The translations under genes and the position numbers were made by a program. From NCBI GenBank assembly GCA_015680685.1, contig MNCI01000001.1:316524-380523 (forward strand): DNA of 64,000 bases. The letters are read 5' to 3'. Below are positions 1 to 11,930 of this stretch, piece after piece. Below the pieces are notes generated by a model, which saw nothing but the letters and a program-made list of their open reading frames with translations, was not told where the DNA came from and made no database searches. Numbering within the stretch: position 1 is the stretch's first letter; the number at the start of each line of letters is the position of its first letter. Source of the DNA: Gnetum montanum. Lineage: Eukaryota > Plantae > Gnetophyta.

Positions 1-1522
1 TCAACACCATCAGCATTGATGATAACCCAAAACCAGTGTAGCAACCATTCGTGGTCCACATGTCATTTGGCAACATAGGGGCCCCTCAGCCTCCACTAGT
101 TTGAGGTTCCCTTTTATCATTAAAGTGCTACTTCAAGTTCCCACAAAACCTTTTGTGTTTAGGATCCCACAGCACATTGCAATAGCAACAACCCTATCAT
201 CCTTTGTCATTAGAGTTCCACAACATGCTTGTTCTTCCCCTACCCATAGTTCAATGATGGGTAATGCATTAATCCCTACCCATCCAAGATTCCATCCTAT
301 AGGCAATGCTAACAACCCATATAGAGGGCAATCCAAGAGGCCTAATGAGTGGATATCTAATAAAATGCTTAGACAACATCAAGAGCAGAGAGCGCTAGGT
401 CTGCCAAAACTAGTTTCCTTTTTGGTAGTCCCCATGGCCAAATCAACCGAAGAGGCCACTACTAGAAAGCCACAATTGAGCATTGAGGCTCCTAAACAAG
501 CTAGGTAGATTAAGCCTAAATCTCCTTTGCAAGAGATCCATCTCCTAGGATGTATGAAGGAGGTCAAGGCCAACAAAATGATAGATAATGACAAAGACTT
601 TCTACATGCATTAGCCTAGGTGAAGTAAGCCTTAAAGTAGAAAAACATAATGTTGAGCCTATATGACCTCATTATGACCTCCTCTACCCACTGTGAAGTG
701 ATAGTATGCATTTTGACCTCCATTCCTATCAAAGAAGACATCCTAGCTGATGAACACTCCATCCATGCTATGATGTTACCTCCTACATTCCAAAAATCAA
801 GCTCAACACCCTTAGCATTTTGTGATGAGGTAATTAAGGTTGACCCTGACAAGGGTCAGGTCATCACAGTGTCCATGTTTATCATAATACACATTGGGCA
901 ATGTAAGGTCTATAGGGTGCATGTCAACAATGGGGTAGCAACAAACATCATCCCATACACCATCATTGACAAACTAGGCCTAGCTAAGTAGATCAAGCCC
1001 ACAAAAACAACGTGCCTAAAGTCCTTTAATAGATCACACATTGTCATTAGTGGCATCTTCATGATAGCCTTCATGGTAGGGAAATAATTCTCCACAACTA
1101 TTGAATTCATCATGATAGAGGAAATGTTAGGCTTCTACCTGATCTTGGGTAGGCCATGTCTAGCCCAGTTATAGGCCATCTCCTCTTCCATCCACCAAGA
1201 AATCCACCTTCTATATGAAGGTGGTGAGGTAATTATCCATGGCAACAATGCAAACCCTATAGCCATTAACAACATTGACATAGAGCAAGGGTCAGAGGTG
1301 GAGTTCCTTGATGATGCACCCACAGTGAAGGACGATAGCGAAACACATGAGGCTAAACCACTTGAGTTAGCAGAAGAAACCAGTGGCCTCCGAGAGGTCA
1401 CTTTATGTGTTGAATTACCCTTTAACATAGTAAATGAAGGTCAAGGGGAGTACCATATAGTATCATCTAGGCCCTATAGGCTCCCTAACCCACACCGAGC
1501 TAGGAAGCAACTGCGTGACTAA
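1..1522 (+). pseudogene. gag C-terminal Pro-rich linker plus aspartic protease of element A
   Basis: ORF 650..991 has RVHVNNGVATNIIPY (cf. HVNDGATTNVIPF in copy C). The frame continues past a stop to YLILGRPCL..SSIHQEIHLLYEGGEVIIHG, typical of Tat/Ogre protease. Confidence 0.88.
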
Positions 1523-1820
1523 AGCATCCCCTTAGTCCAACATGTGCTAAGTGCCTACCTACCCTTTGCTTGTACATTTAGCCATGCATTTCATTTTTTG
1601 CTTACATTGGATTTTTCTATGCATTTACATTTAGCTTTATTTCCTAGACTATGCATTGTCCACTTTTTTTATGTATTTGTTTGCTTTGTTTATGCATTTT
1701 TCTTAGTTTACGTAGTTACTTGTTTAGTTTACCCTTCATAGTTGTTAACTTACACATGAAAAACATAAAAACAAATAAAATCGAAAAAGCTAAAATCATA
1801 AAAAAGAGAAATAGCATCAC

Positions 1821-2070
1821 TATGGCTTGCCATGGACTTAAACTACTAATGTGTGGCCCGAAATGGCCTAAAACTATCACTATGATCCACCATGGCCTTA
1901 AACTAGTGACTCGTGGCCTAGAATGGCCTAAAACTACCATGCCTCATTTCCTAACTCGCAACTTGAAATGGCCTTAAACTAGAAATCATCATGGCCCAAA
2001 ATCACCTTAAACTAGCATTGGCCCTGCTGCTATGGCCTTAAACTCACATGGGGCTTGCAATGGCCTAGTT
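1821..2070 (+). repeat. ~30-bp tandem repeat array R1 (ATGGCC(T/A)AAACTAG core)
   Basis: Repeated catggccttaaact / aatggcctaaaact units at 30-bp spacing, alternating as a 60-bp dimer. Confidence 0.85.
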
Positions 2071-3745
2071 ACATTATCACCGCATAGTCTTAATTTAGCA
2101 CATTCACTCATCACATAGCAAGAATAAAATGTTGATAATAATAAAACCAAAAATTTACACATTACAAATTATATATAGCAAACACATCCATTACATATCA
2201 CATGAATAATCATACACAGCATCAGCATCAGCATCATGTAGCAAAATATACAACAAAAATGCAAAAATGCCTAATAGTAGGGCCACATCAAGACATGCTC
2301 AACTAGTGGTACTAAGTGGAGGTGGAGGTGCTTCTTCCCACACTACACCACTAGGGCCTACAACATCTCCTGGTACCTGTTGCCATAACTGCAACAAAAT
2401 GAGCACTCAGTAAATAAATTTGTACTACACAAGTTAGCACAAAACACATGAAAAGAGAAAAAACTTGGGAGGGTCCGATATTGGTATCTTTTGGAGGCAA
2501 AGTTCCAAGGCCATCCTCCAAGTATTGAAGGATCTTAGCCTCTAAAAGTTGCATCTGGTCCTCCTAGCCAAAGTTAATCCTCACAAGGGTCTTTCCTTTG
2601 TCCACAGTGGTCCATGCAAGTGGCTCCATGGAAAACGTAGTAGAGGATGCCTCTCCTAAGGGGCTGATAATCTACCTCTTGAGAGAGCCACTCACCATTG
2701 TATGCCAAGTAAATAACTCATAAGCCTACCTCCTATCGGTTGCCTCAAGGAACATCTCAAGGTAATGACATTTAACAAAATCCTCTTTGTACCACCAAAG
2801 GTACACATCATGCTTGTGCTTGCATTAGTTCTTGTGGTTCTTTTGTATCTACCCCCACTAGTACACCTTAGTGCTATAATTCTTCTGATCTTGGTTCTTC
2901 TACGTCAGTAGGTACATCTGCAATCTCTGCTCAATCACCTCCTACGTGGCCTGATTTTACCTTTGAGAGAAAACTAGTAATGAGCATACTCTATCTCAAA
3001 AGTCTGCCAGGTGCTATGCCCCTATGACCTAGCCACTAGAAAGTCATATCAGGATTGAGGATCCCCATGGCCATTCTCTCTTGAAGCTCGTGCATGCATT
3101 TCCAAAAGTGCTCATTCGAGTGCCTATAGATCCATAATGCTTTTACATAGGAAAGTGTGCACTTGCTCACTATCTCATACATGCAACAAGACACCTAATT
3201 CACCTTAGGAGGGAGGTTAGAAAGGGCATCTACCTTTACCACCTTGCTCAAATCCCATCGAAGTTTAGAACATGTTAGCATGCAATACATAATTAATCTT
3301 AGCCATGAATTCAACATTAAATCAATAAAGCAACATTAAGTAAAGAAAAATAGCAAACATATTGAGCTTGGGATCTATCTATTGTAAATGGTCCATCATG
3401 TCCTCCATGATGCCCTTCATGAAGGAAAATTTATTAGGCATGTCTACCGATGACTACATGTGGTAGGTAGACATTGGATTGCTAGTAGGCATATTTGAGG
3501 CTATAACACAACACGATGCAATTAGCATGTAGGAGTAAGTGTAGGAGGGTCACTCAGTTGTACACCATTAAATAGGTAGTCAAAATCATCCTTGTCAGGG
3601 TGAAGTAACCCCTCCTCCTCCAACTATTGGAAGGTTTCTGCTATGCTAGGTAGCTCATCTCCATGAACTTTTTCCTCCTTAGCTTGAGGTGGCACCTCTC
3701 CTTCTAGTCCCTCAATTGCTACTCTAGTTGCCTTCTCTCCAGTCT

Positions 3746-3870
3746 CTACAATTAGCACATATGCATATCACATTAGTACTAGTTGATATCATAGCATAAA
3801 TAAAAATAAAATAAAAAATATAAACATGTAAAGATACAATAAATGCATCTAATAGGTTATGCATACTAAC
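3746..3870 (-). other. Spliceosomal intron of the antisense gene (125 bp)
   Basis: CAG|GTTAGT donor, U-rich body, TTGTAG| acceptor; phase 1, frame preserved. Confidence 0.85.
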
Positions 3871-5293
3871 CTGCAACCTCTATATGCAAGTTTTGAAACT
3901 TGATGTGATCTTCTTGCTGCTTTGCATCCCAGCCTCAAGAGAAACTTCCTCCATATTATGTGGCCTCATAATCTTTTCCTTGGATGGTCCCATCATCTCG
4001 TCATTGTAGTTGTCCACCTTAGCCATGTTCCCAGTGCCAACTAGTGGACCTTCACTTGCACTTTCACATAACTAGTATGACCACCCCACAGGACTTTTAG
4101 TCATTATTGATAATGACTCATCGATCTCATTCATGGGGTCTTGTGCCTATGTGGTCATGAACAAGTGCTTGATCCATGGATTTGAGAGTTTCTCATCATC
4201 CTGCACCACCCAACGTCCATCATCGTGTAGGACCAATAGCTCTACAAACCTTTGCAAGTACCCTACAAAGAATGTCAAGTGAACATGGGATCTCACCTAA
4301 TGTTAAACCACAACCTGGAGATCTTTGCATGTAATCCGATTGCAATATAGGTAGCCTAGTTAAACCTTGTGTCCTCTAGCAACACCTCCTTCATTTCCCA
4401 TGCCTAATTCACCCCAAGGATCTTTCCTTGGAAGAGAAACTTTGGGAAGGCATAAGTGCAAAAAAGAGGGTAGAGCTCTCATACCTTGGGCACAAGCACA
4501 TCCTTGATTAGTATGCCTTTGTGAGATCAGGTGGCATCCAACCAATCCTTGATCTATCCTCTATGGTCCACATCCCTATTGGCCTTATCAATAATAAATG
4601 GGTCATCAGTGGAGAGTTCAAAGAGGTTAGCAAGAAAGGCCTCACCAAGGTCAAGCACTACCCTCACACTATGCACGTGGATGATAAATTGTCAAACATT
4701 GCTACTGAAGGATTCAATGATGGTAACCATTTTTTCCACTAGAATACCTGGGCTAAGGGCCAAAAATAGGTCCATCAACCCTACATGCATGAGCCTAGTT
4801 ATTAGTGCATCTGAGGCCTTATGGTACAACCAATGTTGTGCATCCTATACATCGCCATATTTCATGATGAGGGTGGCCTCTGTGCGGCCAATGGTGACCA
4901 TCGTCACCTCACCTGAAGAAACTACCACTATAATAAAGACAAAACAACATCATCATCATGCAAAAGGTAAATTAATAGCCATACATGAGCAAGAATAAGA
5001 GCTAAGGCAATAGATGCATACAAGGAACAAATGAGTTGTGAGATGAAGGTGGTGGTGCAATCATCTCCTCGATGTTAATCACATTGGTAGCCCACTCCTC
5101 ATCCAACCAGTTGTGGATCTTACACTACTCATATGCCCTCAGGTTTCAAGTGGGATAGGCCTCTAAATCATACCCCACATACTCAAGCACTACTTCCCAA
5201 ATATTCGGGCTAGAAGAGAATACCTCTACAGTGGTGTGAGTCAAATCTAGAGCATCCGCCTCATCATGTAGGTCCTTCTCATCAACTCTAAAT

Positions 5294-5373
5294 CTGGCAT
5301 TAAGCATGAGTAGTTAGCAAGATAGCATAAGCAAGTAGCAAAAAAAACTATGAGAAGCTATAAGAACACTTAC
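5294..5373 (-). other. Spliceosomal intron of the antisense gene (80 bp)
   Basis: GTAAGT donor, GCTAAC branch point, CCAG acceptor; phase 2, frame preserved. Confidence 0.85.
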
Positions 5374-7101
5374 TCTCTATCACAATAGATAATTTCAAGT
5401 GGGTTCTAGAATAGGGTGTGCACGTGCATAGCAACAAAAAGGATGTTGCTCTTATTATAGCAACTAAACCTTGTGATGCACCAAATCCTAGATAGGAATT
5501 AAGTGCCACTGGGACCTCTACTTGAACCACCTACTCCATCACGACCAACAGTGGGCTCATTGGACATGAACATTAAGATGTCCTAGTTAGCCCTAGGTAA
5601 TAATGTCTCAGTGATGGCATTGGTAGCCTCCAACACTAAGTGTGACCACATAATCATTCTAAAATACTACAATAGGTACTCTAGAAAATAATGAGCCCAT
5701 GGTTGGAACCACACCACCTACTAACCCACCTACATATCTGGTGTAGGCATGTTGGGAATAAGCTCACTCATGCAACACAAGATGCCCACAAGCTCCATGA
5801 CAATCAGGATAGGCTTCAATAGCATTTTGCAATAGCCAAGTAATAAGAAAAAGAATTAGTATACATACATAGATGTAAATTTTAACATAAAACCATTAAT
5901 TAAGTTAGCAAAGTTAGCACAATATAACATAGACTACTAAAATTTGTTTTTATTTTGGCAATGCCCTTTGGTGCCATGCAGGTATAGGACATCAACTAAC
6001 TTATTTGATGTGCTTGGTACTGACTAGGGTATAGCACATTCGCATAAGATTAACATTTTGTTTCACAAGGTTTAGCATCAGCATGTTTTCACAGGTTTAG
6101 TATCATCATAGTTTGCAGGATTAGCATTGTTACATTTCACAAGTTTAGCATTATCCATAAGTTGCAAATTTCTTCTAACTCTGGACCACATTAGTGGAGT
6201 GCATAGTCAAAAAGTTCCAAATATTTTCTAACTTAGGACTATTGCAATGGGAAGTGTAGTCTAAAATTTTCACAAAATTTCTAACTTTGGGCAACCTTCA
6301 TAGAGAGCATAGTCCAAAAAGGAGGCAAATTTTTTCTAACTTTGGGCATTGTGACTATGCTCTCTACAAAGTGTAGCCCCCCAAAAAACTTGTTGGGCGA
6401 TTGCATTTTGTCAAACACTTGGTATCAACTATGCCTCCAAGATAGGGAGCATAGTCCTAGCTATAGCAATAGAAGACATAGTCCCAACCATCATCCCAAT
6501 GCTCTCTACACACATGTCCATTGTGCCTACCAGGCCTTGTGCACTGCAATCTAGTGTGGCACTACCCACTGCACCCTATACACCCTCTTCACCCACCACC
6601 CTATTCACCCTATGCCCTTCACCACCATCACTCCTCAATGCACATAAAGTACCACCCATGGCTATAGTCCCCATAGCCACAACCATAGCCAAAACCCTTG
6701 TACCATGCCTTTCCATAGTCCCCAAGTTCAAGAAATTTTTTGTTCAAAATTTTTTAAAAAAAACTAGAAAGTGCAAAAATGTTCCCTTGGTGCTAAGCCC
6801 CTTCCTTGTGGCCCTATTGACCATGCAGCCATGTTGTAGGGTGCAATATCCTCATAGCCCTTGCTACATTATGGGGGTGGTCATCCCATAGCCCCCACAA
6901 TCCCTCATGTGCCTAGCCCCCTTACCCTACCCCACCTTTTTTAAAATAGAAATGAAAAAGCAATAAAAGGAAAAATTACAAAACCCTTGCCATGCCTTCT
7001 ACCCCATGGCTGACCACCCATAGTCATTACCAAACCCTAATCCATGCCTCATCCATGTCAAAAGAAAACACAACAAAAAAAATAGATAAATTTTTGTAGA
7101 A

Positions 7102-7710
7102 ACTCACCTTGCGAGCCCTAGAAAACCTCCACATAAAATCAACCCTATGCTTAGCCCTACAACCTCGTGCATGGCCCCTTGTGCCCATGCCATGCTACCC
7201 AATAACAGCTATTTCACCCCCTCCCCCTACCACTTTGCAAGGTGTAGCCTACTACCATACCACAAATCCAAAATCCATAGCTCATAAGCAAAGCCCTCAT
7301 TGTCTTAAACCCTCTTAACCAAACATGCCCTCCTAGTTGCAGTAGCCAAAACAACCCATGGTGGTGGTGGCTCCATAGTAGGATGTTGTTGATGCCCTAC
7401 CATAGTAAGAGACAAACCATAGCATAAACAATGAAAAAATGGCAAAGGAAAGAGCATAGTTGGGGTACCTAGCAAACACCAACAACCTCCTCTCTTCCAT
7501 GTGTGCCTACGGTAGGCAGTGTAGTGCTCATTTTTCTTCATACACATTTGCCAATCCTAGGTGCAAGCATCCACTTTGATGCATCATCTTTCTCCAACTA
7601 CACTCTCTACTAGCAGTGCATAGCAACAATAGCATGTCTATGCTCTGGATTTTATTTTTTGCAAGTTTGAAAATGACAACTTACCCATGGTGAAACATGC
7701 TTTTATATCC
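7102..7710 (-). promoter_or_regulatory. Putative promoter and first (5'UTR) exon of the antisense gene
   Basis: Minus-strand TATAAAA at 7707-7701 and a strong AAG|GTGAGT donor at 7107 followed by a U-rich tract. Confidence 0.55.
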
Positions 7711-7920
7711 TCCTAGGATCATTTAATGACCCATCTACCCCAAACTACACTCCACACTTAGCCAAAATTTTTAACTTTTGGTGGGAGCATAGTTGGATGA
7801 GAGTGTAGTCACTCATACTTTGCCAAAATTTCTAACTTTTCACTATCTAGTCAATGCCTTAGTCAATTTCACTTCCTAATCACAACCAACCTTTTTCAAA
7901 TTGGCATGCTTGATGCATCC

Positions 7921-8010
7921 ATGGTTCCCTAAGACATAAAACTGACACCCATAGTCTACTAAGACCTAAAACTAGCATGCACAGCCTACCGAGGCCTAAA
8001 ACTAGTACAC
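7921..8010 (+). repeat. 30-bp tandem repeat array R2 (3 units)
   Basis: aagacataaaactg / aagacctaaaactag / gaggcctaaaactag at 30-bp spacing; same family as R1. Confidence 0.75.
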
Positions 8011-8153
8011 ATACATGCTTACCCCTCTTTATAGCCCCTATTGCATACTTAGGCAAATTTTCATCACATTTCTTTTTATTCATTTATGCACATTAACTTG
8101 GTTATGATAGCTGCTACTTAAAATTTTGATGGTTTGTTTTGTAAAAATATGAC

Positions 8154-11100
8154 ATGGCTTTTCCTAAGAAACTTCTTTCACCTTGGGTCCTCACCAAGCC
8201 TCATGGTGATATCAAGTGATGCATTGACACACATTGCCTAGACCTTCAATTTACAACCTATGCCAAATACATATCATCCATAGAGACACCACTAGATTGG
8301 CCCAACCATCTAGTTAACGCTCTTGATCTAGAGGCAAGGGACATCATAGAGGATTTCCTCATAGAGATCCTTATAACAACACCCAATGGTGAGGTGAAAA
8401 TGTTAAAAATAAGCTCCTCGCTAGATCCCCAACATATCCAAGACATCACTAAGGTTCTAAATCATAACATCAGGGTATTTTCATGATTATATGAGGACAT
8501 GCTAGGCCTAAACCTTCATCTAGTCTAGCATAATATTATTCTCGATTCCTACTTTAAGCTAGTAAAATAGAAGGCACGCAAGGTTACGCCTAAGGTGGCA
8601 TTGTTCGTCCATGATAAAATCACCAAGATTTACAAAGATTATTTCATCTAGGCCATTGACTATGTAGACTAGGTCTCCAAAATCATAGTTGTTCCTAAGA
8701 AAAATGGAAGTATACGTATCTGCATAGAGTTCTGGGACCTGAACAAGGAAACCATTAAAGATGACTTCCCATTACCTAGTATTGATTAACTAATCAATAC
8801 CATGGTTGGACATTTCTTGTTATCCTTCATGGATGGATTCTTGGGCTACAACTAGATTAGGATTAACCATGAGCACCAACTCAGCATGACCTTTATGATC
8901 CCCTAGGGTACATTTTGTTACACCATGATGCCCTTTGGACTCAAGAATGTAGGATCAACTTACCAATTCACAATGACATACATCTTTAGTGATTGCATAT
9001 TAAGCTTTCTCAATGATTACATTGATGACATAGCATTTATGTCTAAAGCATCTCACAACCATGCAAATGATCTAGATACATTGCTTAAACATTGCTTAAA
9101 ACATGATCTTAGGTTGAACCCTAAAAAGTATGTTTTCTATGTCAAAACAAGCCAGATGCTTGGTTTTGTAGTATCCAAAGCAAGAATACATGTAGACCCT
9201 AACAAGGTTAATGCCATAACCAACTTAGCACCCCTATCCAACCTTAAGGAGCTATGAGGGTTACAAGGTAGATTGCAGTTCATACATTGATTTATTGCAC
9301 AATTAACCCATAAGTTACAGCTAATGCAATATCTACTCAAGAAAGGAGCCCATTTCAAGTGGACAGCTCAATGCTAATAAGCGTTTGACAATCTTAAGTA
9401 GGAGCTTACTCAATTTCCTACATTTCATCCTCCATAAGGAGATAAACCCTTTTACATCTACCTTGCCACCTCCAACACGTCCATCACTTCTTTGCTTTTT
9501 TAAAAGTAGGAAGATGGCACAGAGGTCCCATTTTACTACTTAAGCCATGCATTAGTAGTCCACAAAGAAAAGTACAACAATGTGAAAAAGCATTGCCTAG
9601 CCTTATTCTTTTCATTGAAAAAGTGGAGGCAGTACCTTTTCTATAGTCAAGTCAACAACATTTACAAAAATAATGTACTTTGATAAATTACAACAAACAT
9701 CTACAAAAGAAGTCATATTGCATAATGAAAATAGATAATAATGGAGTTCAACCTACACTACATTGTGCAAGCCTTAATAAAAGGTCAAGCCATATCCACA
9801 CAACTTATGGCTTCACCCATGAGCAATCAAGTAACTATTGAGCTAAAATTCCCAGATGAGCATGTTAGCAATATTAGCCAAGTGTCCAACAACTTTGAGG
9901 AACTCTTGCATTTCAATAGAGTTTCGACCTCCTAAGGGGGTAGCACCACTAGCATTATCACATTTCCCTCTAGGGAGATCCAACCCTTTGCATATTGTTT
10001 TGCATTCTCTTGCACTAACAACATGGAAAAGTACAAAGGTCTCCTTTGAGATATCCCGGTAGCATGGAACTTAAGGATCCAACACCTAGCAATCTAAGGT
10101 GACTCATAGTTAGTGGTCAACTAGGTAACAAAGGTTTATGCCTACAAATCCCAACATTTACAACCTTACTGTGACCTAGCAAAGCACTTGCTTCAATAGT
10201 TTGCAATAGTAAATGTTCAATACATTCCCCAAAATGAAAATGTCATAGCCAACATATTAGCAACATCAGCCTTAAGCATTGTACCTAACATGTTCCATGC
10301 ATTGCCCACCTTGGTGGAAGATTGCACCATTCCTGTTACGCAAATCTTTGACATTGCATCCATAGCCATAATTAACATGACCCACAAAGAAGAATGGTAT
10401 GATAATATCAAGGCATAACTTCTATAGGGTGAACCTCCATAACACTTAACTATTTCTCAAAAGAACACAGTGCGTAAATGTTCATGGTAGTATGTCATTG
10501 TGGTTGATAGCACATTATGTTACAAATCCTACAATGACATATTTCTAACCTACTTAAGCAATAGTGAAGTGAAAATAATCATTGAGCAAGTCAATGAAGG
10601 ACTGTGTGGAGGCCACATAGCACCTAGGAAAATGGTAGTGAAAATTAGATGCTTAGGCTATTATTGGCCTTATATAAAGAAAGATTATGTATCCAAGGTC
10701 AAAACATGCAACATGTGTCAATGACATAGCAACTTAATGCATGTGCCACCAACTAAACTGCACACAACATAGATCAAATGGCCATTCTAATGTTGGGACT
10801 TGGACATTATTAGACCCATCACACCTAAGTTCTCCACAAGGCATAGCTTCATCAAAACCATAACTGAGTATTTTACCAAATGGGTTGAGGCTATTCCCCT
10901 TAGGAAGAAAACATTGCAATAGGTTTGCAAATTTGTGCTTGATAACATAGTGACCTATTTTGGTTTACTCATGACCATAGTCATAGACAATAGGCCACAA
11001 TTTAGCAGTGCTAAAACCAAATCCTTTTGTGAGCACCTTGGCATTAAAAATTCCTTTTTTGTTGTCATACTACCCTCAGGAAAATGGCCAAGTGGAGGCC

Positions 11101-11637
11101 ACTAACAAAGTCATCATCAACCTTTTAAAGAAGATGCTAAAAAATAGTAAATGACAATGGCATAAGTAATTAGTCTATGCACTTTGGGCCTACTGCATAG
11201 CACAATGAACAACAACAAGTAAGATGCCTTCTTGTTTTGTCTATAGAACTAAAGTAATTTTGTCCCATGAATTGCAGGTTCCATTGCTCCAAGTGATCCT
11301 CTTAAACTTCATTAATGAAGACTAGAAAAACTAGTTGAGGACCATAAACCTTGACTCAATAGAGGAGAAGCATATGCAAATGCTTGATCACATCAAATGG
11401 TACAATGAAAAGTAATGGAAAAAGCACCATCACAACTAGCATCAACACCTAATCAAGAAAGGGGACCTAGTCCTCAAGGCTATTCATGAACCCATAGACA
11501 AATTCTCATCCAACTAGAAAGGGCCTTTCTTAGTTAGTAAGGCCTATGATAATGAAGTGTTCAAGCTTGCTAATCAATATGGTAATGATTTTGCCAATCC
11601 AATGAACCATTCGTACCTAAATTCGTACTATGCCTAG
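8154..11637 (+). pseudogene. pol: reverse transcriptase - RNase H - archaeal-type RNase H (aRH) - integrase
   Basis: RT: VFS*LYEDMLGL, LSFMDGFLGYN, MPFGLKNVGSTYQ, YIDD. aRH: CTNNMEKYKGLL, I*GDS*LVVN*V, YIPQNENVIAN. IN: GLCGGH, GYYWP, CNMCQ, YFTKWVEAIPL, YPQENGQVEATNK, GDLVL..N*KGPF. Ends YYA* at 11637. Confidence 0.95.
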
Positions 11638-11680
11638 CATGTAGCATTGCATCTCAACAAAGCAAGATAAGCACAAGTCT

Positions 11681-11930
11681 GCTATGACTATAAACTAGCA
11701 CAAAATGTTTTCTATGACTATAAACTAGAACCATTTGTCCACTATGATGTTAAACTAGCACAAAAACAATACTTGTCTTCCATGATGTTAAACTAGCATA
11801 GCATTCATCCTTGGGTCATGATGTTAAACTAACATAACAACATTCATCTACTATGACATTAAACTGGCACACAATAGTCTACTAAGACTATAAACTAGTG
11901 CATCATAGTCTACCAAGACCTTAAACTGGG
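11681..11930 (+). repeat. ~30-bp tandem repeat array R3 after integrase
   Basis: About 8 units of ctatgactataaactagca / ccaagaccttaaactgg; same core as R1 and R2. Confidence 0.85.

Larger units (their letters stand above)
2299..5570 (-). pseudogene. Multi-exon antisense gene inside element A (~850-900 aa; PMD/Transposase_32-like segment, acidic and coiled-coil-like parts)
   Basis: Minus-strand introns 5294-5373 (GTAAGT..GCTAAC..CCAG), 4928-5021 (GTATGC..TTATAG), 3746-3870 (GTTAGT..TTGTAG), 3501-3565 (GTGTAC..GCTAAT..TTATAG), 3259-3358 (GTTTGC..GCTAAC, AG decayed to CG), 2389-2464 (GT..TTGCAG), probably also 5406-5469. Joining the exons keeps one frame across the junctions (IIYCDRE|FRVDE; FVP|LVVSSG; HIEVA|ETGEK; PSQ|LWQQ). 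Internal stops are mostly TAG/TGA; two net frameshifts. Confidence 0.8.

Noticed and set aside
4531-4998. 155-aa plus-strand ORF
   Set aside because: Shadow of the minus-strand exon: TAG stops on the coding strand read as CTA here, and the frame runs into intron sequence.
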